NCBI GenBank assembly: GCA_964016885.1
Contig: OZ024741.1
Location: forward strand, 256,556,001-256,620,000
Reading direction: 5' to 3'
Source: Eledone cirrhosa
Taxonomy: Eukaryota
Length of the DNA stretch: 64,000 nucleotides
In this document: positions 49,401-59,902 of the stretch, one piece after another
How the letters are laid out: each line of letters starts with the position of its first letter
Numbering within the stretch: the stretch's first letter is position 1
Position numbers and translations under genes: made by a program
Notes under the pieces: generated by a model
The model's database searches: none
The model's input: only the letters and a program-made list of their open reading frames with translations
Told to the model about the DNA's origin: nothing

Positions 49401-52400
49401 CAGTGTTGTTGTTGTTGCTCTTTTGTCTGTCAGTGCCAGTGTTGTAGTTGTTGCTGTTTTCTCTGTCAGTGCCAGTGTTGTTGTAGTTGTTGCTGTTTTC
49501 TGTGTCAGTGCCAGTGTTGTTGTTGTTGCTGTTTTCTCTGTCAGTGCCAGTGTTGTTGTTGCTGTTTTCTGTTCTGTGCCAGTGTTGTTGTTGTTGCTGT
49601 TTTCTCTGTCAGTGCCAGTGTTGTTGTTGCTGTTTTCTCTGTCAGTGCCAGTGTTGTTGTTGTTGCTGTTTTCTCTGTCAGTGCCAGTGTTGTTGTTGCT
49701 GTTTTCTCTGTCAGTGCCAGTGTTGTTGTTGGTGTTTTCTGTGTCAGTGCCAGTGTTGTTGCTGTTGCTGTTTTCTCTGTCAGTGCCAGTGTTGTTGTAG
49801 TTGTTGCTGTTTTCTCTGTCAGTGCCAGTGTTGTTGTAGTTGTTGCTGTTTTCTGTGTCAGTGCCAGTGTTTTTGTTGTTGCTGTTTTCTCTGTCAGTGT
49901 CAGTGTTGTTGTAGTTGTTGCTCTTTTCTCTGTCAGTGCCAGTGTTGTTGTAATTGTTGCTGTTTTCTGTGTCAGTGCCAGTGTTGTTGCTGTTGTTGCT
50001 GTTGTTGCTGTTTTCTGTGTCAGTGCCAGTGTTGTTGTTGTTGCTGTTTTCTGTGTCAGTGCCAGTGTTGTTGTTGCTATTTTCACTGTCAGTGCCAGTG
50101 TTGTTGTAGTTGTTGCTGTTTTCTGTGTCAGTGCCAGTGTTGTTGTTGTTGCTGTTTTCTCTGTCAGTGCCAGTGTTGTTGTAGCTGTTGCTGTTTTCTG
50201 TGTCAGTGCCAGTGTTGTTGTAGTTGTTGCTGTTTTCTCTGTCAGTACCAGTGTTGTTGTAGTTGTTGCTGTTTTCTCTGTCAGTGCCAGTGTTGTTGTA
50301 GTTGTTGCTGTTTTCTCTGTCAGTGCCAGTGTTGTTGTTGTTGCTGTTTTCTCTGTCAGTGCCAGTGTTGTTGTAGTTGTTGCTGTTTTCTCTGTCAGTC
50401 CCAGTGTTGTTGTAGTTGTTGCTGTTTTCTGTGTCAGTGCCAGTGTTGTTGTAGTTGTTTCTGTTTTCTCTGTCATTGCCAGTGTTGTTGTTGTTGTGGC
50501 TGTTTTCTCTGTCAGTGCCAGTGTTGTAGTTGTTGCTGTTTTCTCTGTCAGTGCCAGTGTTGTTGTAGTTGTTGCTGTTTTCTGTGTCAGTGCCAGTGTT
50601 GTTGCTGTTGCTGTTTTCTCTGTCAGTGCCAGTGTTGTTGTAGTTGTTGCTGCTTTCTCTGTCAGTGCCAGTGTTGTTGTAGTTGTTGCTGTTTTCTGTG
50701 TCAGTGCCAGTGTTGTTGTTGCTGTTTTCTCTGTCAATGCCAGTGTTGTTGTAGTTGTTGCTGTTTTCTGTGTCAGTGCCAGTGTTGTTGTTGTTGCTGT
50801 TTTCTCTGTCAGTGCCAGTGTTGTTGTTGCTGTTTTCTCTGTCAGTGCCAGTGTTGTTGTTGTTGCTGTTTTCTGTGTCAGTGCCATTGTTATTGCTGTT
50901 GTTGCTGTTTTCTGTGTCAGTGCCATTGTTATTGCTGTTGTTGCTGTTTTCTGTGTCAGTGCCAGTGTTGTTGTTGTTGCTGTTTTCTGTGTCAGTGCCA
51001 GTGTTGTTGTAGTTGTTGCTGTTTTCTGTGTCAGTGCCAGTGTTGTTGTAGTTGTTGCTGTTTTCTCTGTCAGTGCCAGTGTTGTTGTAGTTGTTGCTGT
51101 TTTCTCTGTCAGTGCCAGTGTTGTTGTAGTTGTTGCTGTTTTCTGTGTCAGTGCCAGTGTTTTTGTTGTTGCTGTTTTCTCTGTCAGTGCCAGTGTTGTT
51201 GTAGTTGTTGCTGTTTTCTCTGTCAGTGCCAGTGTTGTTGTAATTGTTGCTGTTTTCTGTGTCAGTGCCAGTGTTGTTGCTGTTGTTGCTGTTTTCTGTG
51301 TCAGTGCCAGTGTTGTTGTAGTTGTTGCTGTTTTCTCTGTCAGTGCCAGTGTTGTTGTAGTTGTTGCTGTTTTCTCTGTCAGTGCCAGTGTTGTTGTAGT
51401 TGTTGCTGTTTTCTGTGTCAGTGCCAGTGTTGTTTTTGCTATTTTCACTGTCAGTGCCAGTGTTGTTGTAGTTGTTGCTGTTTTCTGTGTCAGTGCCAGT
51501 GTTGTTGTTGTTGTTGCTGTGTTCTCTGTCAGTGCCAGTGTTGTTGTAGCTGTTGCTGTTTTCTGTGTCAGTGCCAGTGTTGTTGTAGTTGTTGCTGTTT
51601 ACTGTGTCAGTGCCAGTGTTGTTGTAGTTGTTGCTGTTTTCTCTGTCAGTGCCAGTGTTGTTGTAGTTGTTGCTGTTTTCTCTGTCAGTGCCAGTGTTGT
51701 TGTAGTTGTTGCTGTTTTCTGTGTCAGTGCCAGTGTTGTTGTTGTTGCTGTTTTCTCTGTCAGTGCCAGTGTTGTTGTAGTTGTTGCTGTTTTCTCTGTC
51801 AGTGCCAGTGTTGTTGTAGTTGTTGCTGTTTTTTGTGTCAGTGCCAGTGTTGTTGTAGTTGTTGCTGTTTTCTCTGTCAGTGCCAGTGTTGTTGTTGTTG
51901 TTGCTGTTTTCTCTGTCAGTGCCAGTGTTGTAGTTGTTGCTGTTTTCTCTGTCAGTGCCAGTGTTGTTGTAGTTGTTGCTGTTTTCTGTGTCAGTGCCAG
52001 TGTTGTTGTTGTTGCTGTTTTCTGTGTCAGTGCCAGTGTTGTTGTTGTTGCTATTTTCACTGTCAGTGCCAGTGTTGTTGCTGTTGCTGTTTTCTCTGTC
52101 AGTGCCAGTGATGTTGTAGTTGTTGCTGTTTTCTGTGTCAGTGCCAGTGTTGTTGCTGTTGCTGTTTTCTCTGTCAGTGCCAGTGTTGTTGTAGTTGTTG
52201 CTGCTTTCTCTGTCAGTGCCAGTGTTGTTGTAGTTGTTTCTGTTTTCTGTGTCAGTGCCAGTGTTGTTGTTGTTGCTGTTTTCTCTGTCAGTGCCAGTGT
52301 TGTTGTAGTTGTTGCTGTTTTCTGTGTCAGTGCCACTGTTGTTGTTGCTGTTTTCTGTGTCTGTGCCAGTGTTGTTGTTGTTGCTGTTTTCTCTGTCAGT

Positions 52401-55400
52401 GCCAGTGTTGTTGTTGCTGTTTTCTCTGTCAGTGCCAGTGTTGTTGTTGTTGCTGTTTTCTGTGTCAGTGCCAGTGTTGTTGTAGTTGTTGCTGTTTTCT
52501 GTGTCAGTGCCAGTGTTGTTGTAGTTGTTGCTGTTTTCTCTGTCAGTGCCAGTGTTGTTGTAGTTGTTGCTGTTTTCTCTGTCAGTGCCAGTGTTGTTGT
52601 AGTTGTTGCTGTTTTCTGTGTCAGTGCCAGTGTTTTTGTTGTTGCTGTTTTCTCTGTCAGTGCCAGTGTTGTTGTAGTTGTTGCTGTTTTCTCTGTCAGT
52701 GCCAGTGTTGTTGTAGTTGTTGCTGTTTTCTCTGTCAGTGCCAGTGTTGTTGTAGTTGTTGCTGTTTTTTGTGTCAGTGCCAGTGTTGTTGTAGTTGTTG
52801 CTGTTTTCTCTGTCAGTGCCAGTGTTGTTGTTGTTGTTGCTGTTTTCTCTGTCAGTGCCAGTGTTGTAGTTGTTGCTGTTTTCTCTGTCAGTGCCAGTGT
52901 TGTTGTAGTTGTTGCTGTTTTCTGTGTCAGTGCCAGTGTTGTTGTTGTTGCTGTTTTCTGTGTCAGTGCCAGTGTTGTTGTTGTTGCTATTTTCACTGTC
53001 AGTGCCAGTGTTGTTGCTGTTGCTGTTTTCTCTGTCAGTGCCAGTGATGTTGTAGTTGTTGCTGTTTTCTGTGTTAGTGCCAGTGTTGTTGTAGTTGTTG
53101 CTGTTTTCTGTGTCAGTGCCAGTGTTGTTGCTGTTGCTGTTTTCTCTGTCAGTGCCAGTGTTGTTGTAGTTGTTGCTGCTTTCTCTGTCAGTGCCAGTGT
53201 TGTTGTAGTTGTTGCTGTTTTCTGTGTCAGTGCCAGTGTTGTTGTTGTTGCTGTTTTCTCTGTCAGTGCCAGTGTTGTTGCTGTTGTTGCTGTTTTCTGT
53301 GTCAGTGCCACTGTTGTTGTTGCTGTTTTCTCTGTCAGTGCCAGTGTTGTTGTAGTTTTTGCTGTTTTCTGTGTCAGTGCCAGTGTTGTTGTTGCTGTTT
53401 TCTGTGTCAGTGCCAGTGTTGTTCTTGTTGCTGTTTTCTTTGTCAGTCCCAGTGTTGTTGTTGTTACTGTTGCTGTTTTCTGTGTCAGTTCCAGTGTTGC
53501 TGTTGCTGTTTTCTGTGCCAGTGCCAGTGTTATTGTTGCTGTTGTTGCTGTTTTCTGTGTCAGTGCCACGGTTGTTGTTGCTGTTGTTGCTGTTTTCTGT
53601 GTCAGTGCCAGTGTTGTTGTTGCTGTTTTCTGTGTCAGTGCCAGTGTTCTTGTTGCTGTTGTTGCTGTTTTCCGTGCCAGTGTTGTTGTAGTTGTTGCTG
53701 TTTTCTGTTTCAGTGTCGGTGTTGTTGTTGTTGCTGTTTTCTCTGTCAGTGCCAGTGTTGTTGTTGTTGCTGTTTTCTCTGTCAGTGCCAGTGTTGTTGT
53801 TGTTGCTGTTTTCTGTGTCAGTGCCAGTGTTGTTGTAGTTGTTGCTGTTTTCTGTGTCAGTGCCAGTGTTGTTGTAGTTGTTGCTGTTTTCTGTGTCAGT
53901 GCCAGTGTTGTTGTAGTTGTTGCTGTTTTCTCTGTCAGTGCCAGTATTGTTGTAGTTGTTGCTGTTTTCTCTGTCAGTGCCAGTGTTGTTGTAGTTGTTG
54001 CTGTTTTCTGTGTCAATGCCAGTGTTGTTGTTGTTGCTGTTTTCTCTGTCAGTGCCAGTGTTGTAGTTGTTGCTGTTTTCTCTGTCAGTGCCAGTGTTGT
54101 TGTAGTTGTTGCTCTTTTCTGTGTCAGTGCCAGTGTTGTTGCTGTTGTTGCTATTTTCTGTGTCACTGCCAGTGTTGTTGTTGTTGCTGTTTTCTCTGTC
54201 AGTGCCAGTGTTTTTGTTGTTGCTGTTTTCTGTGTCAGTGCCAGTGTTGTTCTAGTTGTTGCTGTTTTCTGTGTCAGTGCCAGTGTTGTTGTAGTTGTTG
54301 ATGTTTTCTCTGTCAGTGCCTGTGTTGTTGTAGTTGTTGCTGTTTTCTCTGTCAGTGCCAGTGTTGTTGTAGTTGTTGCTGTTTTCTGTGTCAGTGCCAG
54401 TGTTGTTGTTGTTGCTGTTTTCTCTGTCAGTGCCAGTGTTGTTGTAGTTATTGCTGTTGTCTGTGTCAGTGCCACTGTTGTTGTTGCTGTTTTCTGTGTC
54501 AGTGCCAGTGTTGTTGTTGTTGCTGTTTTCTCTGTCAGTGCCAGTGTTGTTGTTGCTGTTTTCTCTGTCAGTGCCAGTGTTGTTGTTGCTGTTTTCTGTG
54601 TCAGTGCCATTGTTATTGCTGTTGTTGCTGTTTTCTCTGTCAGTGCCAGTGTTGTTGTTGCTGTTGTTGCTGTTGCTGTTTTCTCTGTCAGTGCCAGTGT
54701 TGTTGTAGTTGTTGCTGTTTTCTCTGTCAGTGCCAGTGTTGTAGTTGTTGCTGTTTTCTGTGTCAGTGCCAGCGTTGTTGTTGTTGCTGTTTTCTCTGTC
54801 AGTGCCAGTGTTGTTGTAGTTGTTGCTGTTTTCTCTGTCAGTGCCAGTGTTGTTGTAGTTGTTGCTGTTTTCTGTGTCAGTGCCAGTGTTGTTGTTGTTG
54901 CTGTTTTCTCTGTCAGTGCCAGTGTTGTTGTAGTTGTTGCTGTTTTCTGTGTCAGTGCCAGTGTTGTTGTAGTTGTTGCCGTTTTCTCTGTCAGTGCCAG
55001 TGTTGTTGTAGTTGTTGCTGTTTTCTGGGTCAGTGCCAGTGTTGTTGTTGCTGTTTTCTCTGTCAGTGCCAGTGTTGTTGTAGTTATTGCTGTTGTCTGT
55101 GTCAGTGCCACTGTTGTTGTTGCTGTTTTCTGTGTCAGTGCCAGTGTTGTTGTTGTTGCTGTTTTCTCTGTCAGTGCCAGTGTTTTTGTTGTTGCTGTTT
55201 TCTGTGTCAGTGCCAGTGTTGTTCTAGTTGTTGCTGTTTTCTGTGTCAGTGCCAGTGTTGTTGTAGTTGTTGATGTTTTCTCTGTCAGTGCCTGTGTTGT
55301 TGTAGTTGTTGCTGTTTTCTCTGTCAGTGCCAGTGTTGTTGTAGTTGTTGCTGTTTTCTGTGTCAGTGCCAGTGTTGTTGTTGTTGCTGTTTTCTCTGTC

Positions 55401-56670
55401 AGTGCCAGTGTTGTTGTAGTTATTGCTGTTGTCTGTGTCAGTGCCACTGTTGTTGTTGCTGTTTTCTGTGTCAGTGCCAGTGTTGTTGTTGTTGCTGTTT
55501 TCTCTGTCAGTGCCAGTGTTGTTGTTGCTGTTTTCTCTGTCAGTGCCAGTGTTGTTGTTGCTGTTTTCTGTGTCAGTGCCATTGTTATTGCTGTTGTTGC
55601 TGTTTTCTCTGTCAGTGCCAGTGTTGTTGTTGCTGTTGTTGCTGTTGCTGTTTTCTCTGTCAGTGCCAGTGTTGTTGTAGTTGTTGCTGTTTTCTCTGTC
55701 AGTGCCAGTGTTGTAGTTGTTGCTGTTTTCTGTGTCAGTGCCAGCGTTGTTGTTGTTGCTGTTTTCTCTGTCAGTCCAGTGTTGTTGTAGTTGTTGCTGT
55801 TTTCTCTGTCAGTGCCAGTGTTGTTGTAGTTGTTGCTGTTTTCTGTGTCAGTGCCAGTGTTGTTGTTGTTGCTGTTTTCTCTGTCAGTGCCAGTGTTGTT
55901 GTAGTTGTTGCTGTTTTCTGTGTCAGTGCCAGTGTTGTTGTAGTTGTTGCCGTTTTCTCTGTCAGTGCCAGTGTTGTTGTAGTTGTTGCTGTTTTCTGTG
56001 TCAGTGCCAGTGTTGTTGTTGCTATTTTCTCTGTCAGTGCCAGTGTTGTTGTAGTTGTTGCTGTTTTCTCTGTCAGTGCCAGTTTTGTTGTAGTTTTTGC
56101 TGTTTTCAGTGTCAGTGCCAGTGTTGTTGTAGTTGTTGCTGTTTTCTTTGTCAGTGGCAGTGTTGTTGTTGTTGCTGTTTTCTCTGTCAGTGCCAGTGTT
56201 GTAGTTGTTGCTGTTTTCTCTGTCAGTGCCAGTGTTGTTGTTGTTGTTGCTGTTTTCTCTGTCAGTGCCAGTGTTGTTGTTGTTGCTATTTTCACTGTCA
56301 GTGCCAGTGTTGTTGTTGTTGCTATTTTCACTGTCAGTGCCAGTGTTGTTGTTGTTACTGTTGCTGTTTTCTGTGTCAGTGCCAGTGTTGTTGTTGTTAC
56401 TGTTGCTGTTTCCTGTGCCACTGCCAGTGTTATTGTTGCTGTTGTTGCTGTTTTGTCTGACGAGTGTTCTGACTTACGAGTGTTGCGACTTACGAGTGTT
56501 TAGGTTTACGAGTGTTTCGACACACGAGTGTTTTAACTTACGAGTGTTTCGGTGTACGAGTGTTTCGACTTAAGGATGTTTCGGCTTATGAGTGTTTCGA
56601 CTTACGAGTGTTTCGGCTTACGAGTGTTTCGCCTTATGGGTGTTTCGACTTACGAGTGTTTTTACTTACG

Positions 56671-56750
56671 AAAATAACAAATAGACGCGGTTTCAAATCT
56701 CTATGCTTTTCAAATTCATTACATTAATCTTTATTTATACGTTTCGCTTT
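56671..56750. repeat. 80-bp AT-rich interspersed unit, copy 1
   Basis: AAAATAACAAATAGACGCGGTTTCAAATCTCTATGCTTTTCAAATTCATTACATTAATCTTTATTTATACGTTTCGCTTT; matches the consensus of the 8 copies. Confidence 0.95.
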
Positions 56751-57621
56751 ACGAGTGTTTCGACTTACGAGTGTTTCGACTTACGAGTGTTTCGGCTTAC
56801 GATTGTTTTGACTTACGAGTGTTTTGACTTACGGGTGTTTCGGCTTACGAGTGTTTCGACTTACGAGTGTTCTGACTTACGAGTGTTCTGACTTACGAGT
56901 GTTTCGGCTTACGAGTGTTTCGACTTACGAGTGTGGTGACTTACGAGTGTTTCGACTTACGAGCGTTCCGACTTACGAGTGTTTCGGCTTACGAATGTTC
57001 CGACTTACGAGTGTTTCGACTTACGAGTGTTTCGACTTACGAGCGTTTTGACTTACGAGTGTTTTGACTTACGGTGTTTCTGCTTACGAGTGTTTCGACT
57101 TACGAGTGTTAAGACTTACGGGTGTTTTGACATACGAGTGTTTCGACTTACGAGTGTTACGAGTGTTCTGACTTAGGAGTGTTTCGACTTACGAGTGTTC
57201 TGACCTACGAGTGTTCTGACTTACGTGTGTTTCGACTTACGAGTGTTTTGACTTACGGGTGTTTCGACTTACGAGTGTTTCGACTTACGAGTGTTTCGAG
57301 TTACGGGTGTTTCGACTTACGAGTGTTTTGACTTACGCGTGTTAAGACTTACGGGTGTTTTGACATACGAGTGTTTCGATACGAGTGTTCCGACTTACGA
57401 GTGTTTTGACTTACGGGTGTTTTGACATACGAGTGTTTCGATACGAGTGTTCTGACTTACGAGTGTTCTGACTTACGAGTGTTCTGACTTACGAGTGTTC
57501 TGACTTACGAGTGTTCTGACTTACGAGTGATCTGACTTACGAGTGTTCCTACTTACGAGTGTTTCGACTAACGAGTGTTTCGACTTGCGAGTGTTTCGAC
57601 TTACGAATGTTCCGACTTACG

Positions 57622-57701
57622 AAAATAACAAATAGACGCGGTTTCAAATATCTATGCTTTTCAAATTCATTACATTAATCTTTATTTATACGTTTCGCTT
57701 T
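57622..57701. repeat. 80-bp AT-rich interspersed unit, copy 2
   Basis: Same 80-mer with variant AAATATCTATG, shared with copy 5. Confidence 0.95.
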
Positions 57702-57969
57702 ACGAGTGTTTCGGCGTACGAGTGTTTCGACTTACGAGTGTTTTAACTTACGGTTGTTTCGACTTACGCGTGTTTCGACTACGAATGTTCCGACTTACGA
57801 GTGTTTCGACTTACGAGTGTTTCGACTTACGAGTGCTTTGACTTACGAATGTTTTGACTTACTTCGACTTACGAGTGATCTGACTTACGAGTGTTCCTAC
57901 TTACGAGTGTTTCGACTTACGAGTGTTTCGACTTGCGAGTGTTTCGACTTACGAGTGTTTCGACTTACG

Positions 57970-58049
57970 AAAATAACAAATAGACGCGGTTTCAAATCTC
58001 TATGCTTTTCAAATTCATTACATTAATCTTTATTTATACGTTTCGCTTT
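57970..58049. repeat. 80-bp AT-rich interspersed unit, copy 3
   Basis: Matches the consensus 80-mer. Confidence 0.95.
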
Positions 58050-59822
58050 ACGAGTGTTTCGAGTTACGAGTGTTTCGACATACCAGTGATTCGGCTAACG
58101 AGTGTTTTGATTTACGAGTGTTTTGACTTACGGGTGCTTCGACATACGCGTGTTTCGACTTACGAGTGTTTCGACTTACGAGTGTTTCGACTTACGATTG
58201 TTTCGGCTTACGAGTGTTTCGACTTACGAGTGTTCTGACTACGAGTGTTTTGACTTACGGGTGTTCTGACTTACGAGTGTTCCGACTTACGAGTGTTTCG
58301 GCTTATGAGTGTTTCGACTTACAAGTGCTTCGACTTACGAGTGTTTCGGCTTACGGGTGTTTCGACTTACGAATGTTTTTGCTTACGAGTGTTTCGGCTT
58401 ACGAGTGTTTCGGCTTATGAGTGTTTCGACTTACAAGTGTTTTGACTTACGGGTGTTTTGACATACGAGTGTTTCGATACGAGTGTTCTGACTTACGAGT
58501 GTTTCCGCTTACGAGTGTTTCGGCTTACGAGTGTTTCGACTTACTAATGTTTTTACTTACGAGTGTTTCGGTGTACGAGTGTTTCGACTTAAGGATGTTT
58601 CGACTTACGAGTGTTTCGACTTACGAGTGTTTCGACTTACGAGTGTTTCGACTTACGAGTGTTTTGGCTTACGAATGTTTTGACTTACGGGTGTTTCGAC
58701 TTACGGGTGTTTCGGCTTACGAGTGTTTCGACTTACGAGTGTTTTGACTTACGAGTGTTCTGACTTACGAGTGTTCTGACTTATGAGTGTTCCGACTTAC
58801 GAGTGTTCTGACTTACGAGTGTTCTGACTTACGAGTGTTCCGACTTACGACTGTTTCGACTTACGAGTGTTTTGACTTACGAGTGTTCCGACTTACGAGT
58901 GTTTCGGCTTACGGGTGTTTCGACGTACGAGTATTTTTGGCTTACGAGTGTTTCGACTTACGAGTGTTTTGAATTACGATTGTTTCGGCTTACGAGTGTT
59001 TCGACTTACGAGTATTTCGACTTACGAGTGTTTTGACTTATGGGTGTTTTGACATACGAGTGTTTCGATACGAATGCTCTGACTTACGAGTGTTCTGACT
59101 TACGAGTGTTCTGACTTACGGGTGTTCTGACTTACGTGTGTTCCGACTTACGAGTGTTTCGGCTATGGGTGTTTCGACTTACGAGTGTTTCGACTTACGA
59201 ATGTTTTGGCTTACGAGTGTTTCGGCTTACGAGTGTTTCGACTTACGAATGTTTTGGCTTACGAGTGTTTCGGCTTGCGGGTGTTTCGACTTATGATTGT
59301 TTCGACTTACGAGTGTTTTGACTTACGGTGTTTCGGCTTACGAGTTATTCGACATACGAGTGTTTCGACTTACGGGTGTTTCGACTTACGGGTGTTTCGA
59401 CTTACGAGTGTTTCGACTTATGAGTGTTTCGACTTACGAGTGTTCTGACTTACGAGTGTTCTGACATACGAGTGTTGCGACTTACGAGTGTTTAGGTTTA
59501 CGAGTGTTTCGACACACGAGTGTTTTAACTTACGGGTGTTTCGACTTACGGGTGTTTCGACTTACGAGTGTTTCGGTGTACGAGTGTTTCGACTTAAGGA
59601 TGTTTCGATTTACGAGTGTTTCGACTTACGATTGTTTCGGCTTACGTGAGTTTCGACTTAAGAGTGTTCTGATTTACGAGTGTTCTGACTTGCGGGTGTT
59701 CTGATTTACGAGTGATCCGACTTACGAGTGTTTCGGCTTATGAGTGTTTCGACTTACGACTTTTTCGGCTTACGAGTGTTTCGCCTTATGGGTGTTTCGA
59801 CTTACGAGTGTTTTTACTTACG

Positions 59823-59902
59823 AAAATAACAAATAGACGCGGTTTCAAATCTCTATGCTTTTCAAATTCATTACATTAATCTTTATTTATACGTTTCGCT
59901 TT
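59823..59902. repeat. 80-bp AT-rich interspersed unit, copy 4
   Basis: Matches the consensus 80-mer; its upstream flank (GCCTTATGGG...GTTTTTACTTACG) matches that of copy 1. Confidence 0.95.

Larger units (their letters stand above)
1..56459. repeat. Triplet-structured minisatellite array, monomer mostly 33/36/39 bp, about 1,500 copies, runs off the left edge of the window
   Basis: Seen directly: uninterrupted head-to-tail copies of GTCAGTGCCAGT(GTT)n[GTA]GTTGTTGCTGTTTTC(TCT|TGT), all in one orientation. Length varies by the number of GTT triplets. The 39-bp consensus is T19 G11 C6 A3 on +. Copy number is estimated as 56.46 kb divided by ~37 bp. Confidence 0.98.
1..56459 (-). pseudogene. Possible decayed low-complexity coding repeat (Thr-rich LALT[E/Q]KTATTTTT or Asn-rich TGTD[R/T]ENSNNYNN); not an intact CDS
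   Basis: Monomer lengths are multiples of 3 and two minus-strand frames are open in the consensus. Against this: at least 16 in-frame stops in the Thr frame, about 13 in the Asn frame, 12 one-base frameshifts, and no unique N-terminus, ATG start or signal peptide in the window. Coding ancestry is inference only. Confidence 0.12.

Noticed and set aside
99-55790. Giant + strand Val/Ala/Ser-rich ORFs (e.g. 99-8771, 14504-25945, 50496-55790)
   Set aside because: These are translations of the tandem repeat. Only the TGT codon in this frame is one substitution from a stop, so openness is expected from composition. The starts are GTG/TTG variants within the repeat, and the product would be thousands of uninterrupted hydrophobic residues.
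7094-56421. Individual minus-strand Thr-rich ORFs as separate mucin or antifreeze-glycoprotein genes
   Set aside because: Their starts and ends are recurrent repeat variants. There is no signal peptide or flanking domain, Pro is nearly absent, and the (Thr-Ala-Ala)n pattern of fish AFGPs is missing. Kept only as a low-confidence ancestry hypothesis.
2516-56460. Cys-rich + strand ORFs (CQCQCCCSCCCFL) resembling metallothionein or keratin-associated proteins
   Set aside because: This is the shifted frame of (GTT)n read as TGT. It is repeatedly broken by TGA variants and has no unique sequence or family-specific spacing.
56455-56475. Minus-strand CAG at the junction as a splice acceptor opening a giant repeat exon
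   Set aside because: The CAG is part of the ordinary monomer, there is no polypyrimidine tract upstream, and a frameshift follows within ~700 bp (~55776).
1-56573. Short Leu-rich ORFs resembling signal peptides or membrane proteins
   Set aside because: This is the third frame of the same repeat, open only where monomers lack the GTA triplet that creates TAG.
56671-56750. 80-bp unit as a tRNA, 5S or other structured small RNA gene
   Set aside because: The size is similar, but it is very AT-rich and I see no cloverleaf stems, pol III A/B boxes or convincing hairpin. An Infernal/Rfam scan would settle it.
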